This document shows, in pieces, positions 61,866 to 64,000 of a stretch of DNA of 64,000 nt; position 1 is the first letter of the stretch, and every line of letters begins with the position of its first letter. Made by a program: the position numbers and the translations under genes. Where the stretch lies: contig NW_024704743.1 of NCBI RefSeq assembly GCF_018977255.1, forward strand, positions 88,042,001 through 88,106,000, given 5' to 3'. The notes below the pieces were generated by a model. It saw only the letters and a program-made list of their open reading frames with translations. It did not search any database and was not told the DNA's origin. Source of the stretch: Callorhinchus milii (lineage: Eukaryota).

Positions 61866-62789
61866 CTCTCTTTCTCATTGTACACACACATGAGATTTAA
61901 AGTAGGCTGGAACACCACTGTGCAGATATTTGGGAAGTACAGTAGATGATTCCTATGAACTGTTGCTCTGTCAGTCATGCTGTAAAAAATAAGTGGGAAG
62001 GATTTTAATAAATGCTTTATTTGACCACAGTTAACTCGAGCCTTGATCTCAGCTGCCGAATGTGAAACACTTTCATTTCTGTTCCAATTGTAACAAAACT
62101 TTACCATGAGATTAAATTTTCATATATTCTCCAGTCTGCAAACATGGTGAATTAGAAACATCATGAGAAACATGATGGGAGCAAAGACTAGCTCAGCTGA
62201 TATTTTCTTCAATTTATGATCCCTTCTTCGCCATAGCAGATGCAGTGTGCAGACTTATGTAAATATGATAAAGGAGACACATTTTTGGTACTCCTCTTAT
62301 TGATGTTTGACTGACAGCCCTAGCAGAATGGTCACAGAGAGCATCTGATAGGATGTGTGACTGGCAACCTGACTTGTAGAATTTCTTACTCATTCGTAAA
62401 TGGTGCAGTGGTTTTCAAACTCATTTAATGCAAATTAAAGGCGATGTTAAGTGGAGCCCCAAAACTTCTCTCTGTTATTTAATCAGGCAGGAAATTGCTT
62501 CCACGAGGCACACATAATGTTGACGCACAATATTTCAGTTTGCTGTGGCATCTCTAAACAGTGACTACGGCATGCAGTCGTAAAAGGAACCAACGCTGCT
62601 TGAAACCTTTCTTCTGAATCTTATTTATTAACTAAAAAATCCTAGTGAATGCCAAGGCTTTAAACACTAGGATAAAAGAAATATCAAGATCAGTTAAGTG
62701 ACACCAATTGAAGCATATAGATTTGGTGGAAGAGCAAGAGATACATTGTTTCATGGCCATGGGGTGCCATGAGAGAACTTCTTATCTTT

Positions 62790-62912
62790 TCATTTAATGT
62801 TGTGCCTTTCACACCAGGAGGACGTGTTCAAAGTGTTTTACAGTATCTGCTGTAAAGAGTAGTGGCCTGTCTCTATTGTAGGCAAACAGAGCAGCCAATT
62901 TATATACAACAA
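62790..62912 (-). mobile_element. SINE 3' fragment
   Basis: gtgcctttcacaccaggaggacgtg...gtaggcaaacagagcagccaattt. Confidence 0.75.
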
Positions 62913-64000
62913 TTTTCCTTACTTATGCCTGTATCCCCTTAATTCTAACGTGAAAGAATCTGTATACATGTAAATGCATTGTATTATCTCCTTACGCTTT
63001 GCTTCCTTTTCCTCCAAATGGCATATCTTGCAACTGAAATCCACATGACGAGGCCAAAGTTCTTGGATTTGTTAAAAATAGGCAGAGTCCTGTGTGAACA
63101 TATAGAGAATGTGCTGTGTAGGAATATTTCCCTATTTTTAAGCATCTCCTAATTGCCACTCTACCTGCTAAACTCCTCTCAGTCATATAACATCTGTACA
63201 AATCTCTTATAGCCTAGCTATGAAGAAATTACAGCAGTTCCATCAGTTCTAATTTGTGTTACCAACTCCTTTTTCATTTTCTTTCTCAGCTGTTGCTTGA
63301 GTTCCTCCTAAGTGGCTGTTTTCTTCTTTTGTTGCAAACAATTTCGGCTCAGTTTTTCGAAGGACAGAATTGTTGATAAACTATTCATTCTCACTATCTC
63401 CTTAAGTTCGCCTACAGTTTTTGTGTCTAGATTACGCAGTGGGAGCCACAAATGATAAAAGCCTTCAGTGGCTCCCTGTTATTCTATTGAACTTGTCTCT
63501 GTTACCTTAAGGTTAATGGTTTTCTTACAGAATACACTCTTTTACTCCAACCGGGCATATTAAATTTACAACAATACATGTAGTGAATAATGGACACCTG
63601 ACAACAGTCACAAGGTAGTAATTCAGTATAGGTTTCAGTTATCATAAACCCCAAAAGTGAAGCTGAAGCAGTTTAAGAGCACCTTGTGAACCCTGAGATT
63701 ACATTACAGCTTGAAAATTGCTCTCTGATGTCCATTATTAAAAACTATATTCTGTTCTCTGTTTTTAGGAGGAGAAGCTTATTTGGGGGCATTTTTGTTC
63801 TGTATATACCCACAAATGTCATTGCACTCAATGCTTTTAATGTGCAATGATAGCCACACAAGAGGATTACTGAAGTTTTATCGAGCAATAAGCTGTAATT
63901 GATGAATGAGAAATTCTAGGTCTAAACTACAGTACTTGGATATGGTCATAGCAAAAGGAATGGACCCATGTGTAAAGGATGGCTGCTCCATGATGTGATA

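Noticed and set aside
62406..62421. hAT-like TIR cagtggttttcaaact (also tagtgcttcctcaacctt at ~29357)
   Set aside because: No matching opposite TIR or 8-bp TSD found.
63750..63850. Splice-acceptor-like sites (63768; also ~1965, 12754, 50206, 63289) as host exons
   Set aside because: No convincing downstream donor, open frame or recognisable peptide. Small exons cannot be excluded without RNA data.
1..64000. CRISPR-like array formed by the recurring atatcaaatgcaaggatt word
   Set aside because: Copies are dispersed, on both strands, irregularly spaced and are SINE termini.

Overview
Vertebrate non-coding DNA (intron or intergenic) dense with transposable elements. I found no host protein-coding exon, genuine RNA gene or prokaryotic system that the sequence supports. 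The repeat set is L2-clade LINEs ending in (TTG)n, a CR1 LINE ending in (ATTCTATG)2, an old Deu-domain tRNA SINE and a young tRNA-Ala-headed SINE ending in (ATT)n. That mix points by inference to a cartilaginous fish, plausibly a chimaera/elephant shark. Nearly every ORF in the supplied track is a decayed LINE ORF2 piece, its antisense shadow, or SINE text. The most informative structure is a LINE/SINE partnership readable within the window. L2 and both SINE families share a 3' stem-loop with a compensatory base change. The young SINE is a modular hybrid (tRNA-Ala cloverleaf, CORE-like motif, DeuSINE tail) with three visible evolutionary stages. L2 copies carry repeated microhomology-bounded internal deletions, and there are several nested insertions with target-site duplications (TSDs). 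Also present are a palindromic MITE-like family, a probable solo LTR and TE-poor islands with Pbx-Hox/Meis motifs that may be conserved enhancers. Family names rest on motif recognition from memory, not database searches. Boundaries of degraded copies are approximate.
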